DNA of 55,869 nucleotides, taken from Rhodothermales bacterium. Its GTDB lineage: Bacteria > Bacteroidota > Rhodothermia > Rhodothermales > JAHQVL01. The DNA is taken from NCBI GenBank assembly GCA_041738655.1, contig JBGSPJ010000169.1, forward strand, positions 1 to 55,869, in the 5' to 3' direction. Positions 55,491 to 55,869 of this stretch are shown here, piece by piece. The notes below the pieces were generated by a model. That model saw nothing but the letters and a program-made list of their open reading frames with translations, ran no database searches and was not told the origin of the DNA. The position numbers and the translations under genes were made by a program. Within the stretch, counting starts at the first letter, position 1. Each line of letters begins with the position of its first letter.

Positions 55491-55869
55491 TTGTCGATTG
55501 CTACCCTGTTTTCCCGCGTATCGGCGCTGCATGAAGTGGCCGAGTTGACGGATCAGCTCACCCGGAAGGATGAGGCGTCCGTGGTCGTTCGGAATGCGAG
55601 CGGTTCGCTGCCGGCGTTTGCGTTGCTGCATCTCCACGGCCGGCTCGAGCGGCCGATCCTGGCGTTGTTGCCGGAGGCCGACCGGGCCGCGTATCTGGTA
55701 AGCGACCTGGAGCAGGCCGACCCCGTCGACACGCCGGTGCTGCATTTCCCGGCGTCGGGGATCAAGCCGTACGACGCGGAGCGGATGCAGGACCCCTCCG
55801 CGGACATCGCGCGGACCGATGCGCTCCAGCAGCTGGCGGCCGGCTTCACCGGCATCGTCGTGGCGAGCA
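55491..55869 (+). CDS. mfd: Transcription-repair coupling factor, N-terminal fragment (continues beyond the window)
   Basis: Not in the ORF track because it is open at the window edge. Manual translation from the TTG at 55491: LSIATLFSRVSALHEVAELTDQLTRKDEASVVVRNASGSLPAFALLHLHGRLERPILALLPEADRAAYLVSDLEQ...VLHFPASGIKPYDAE...RTDALQQLAAGFTGIVVAS, which matches the Mfd UvrB-homology N-terminus. An in-frame stop lies at 55452. The start codon is uncertain (TTG at 55491 or GTG at 55536). Confidence 0.7.
   Translation, partial: MSIATLFSRVSALHEVAELTDQLTRKDEASVVVRNASGSLPAFALLHLHGRLERPILALLPEADRAAYLVSDLEQADPVDTPVLHFPASGIKPYDAERMQDPSADIARTDALQQLAAGFTGIVVAS

Noticed and set aside
55266-55745. 159-aa ORF on the minus strand in the murQ-mfd region
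   Set aside because: It overlaps the convincing Mfd N-terminal reading frame on the opposite strand, and its composition is Arg/Gly/Gln-rich.

Overview
GC-rich chromosomal window (coding regions visibly above 60% G+C). The gene content looks like a Bacteroidota/Rhodothermota-type organism: T9SS C-terminal sorting domains, an ECF sigma/FecR/STN/TonB-dependent receptor/DUF4249 module, and GH29. I support 44 protein-coding genes. Two of them are absent from the ORF track because they run off the window edges: 1..1248(-) and 55491..55869(+). I recognised no rRNA, tRNA, CRISPR array, transposase or integrase. Housekeeping anchors are uvrA, recF, murQ and the 5' end of mfd. Several supplied ORF starts are probably too far upstream, and I give shorter coordinates where a signal peptide or a 4-nt stop/start overlap supports it. 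Many long ORFs in the track are antisense artefacts of the high G+C and are rejected. Main finding: 32442..33446(-) encodes a TIR-STING fusion, the effector type of c-di-GMP-dependent CBASS, but no CD-NTase is visible anywhere in the window. It is instead translationally coupled (AAGGAG inside the upstream stop region, 5-nt gap) to a secreted Rossmann-like protein of unknown function. A 250-bp region of about 40% G+C lies upstream of the pair. Other items worth a second look: a SecA paralogue ending in a hydrophobic membrane-anchor-like tail; an STN + CarboxypepD_reg protein carrying about 12 tandem 16-residue G-x-Q repeats between FecR and an STN-less TonB receptor; a peptidase/RLAN-ATP-grasp/GCS2 amidoligase operon; an ECF sigma/Ser-Thr kinase pair divergent from a vWA/T9SS pair; a 14-kb glycosyltransferase/MMPL envelope cluster; and a duplicated perfect 14-bp palindrome between murQ and mfd. 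All family assignments come from motif recognition by eye. No database search was possible.
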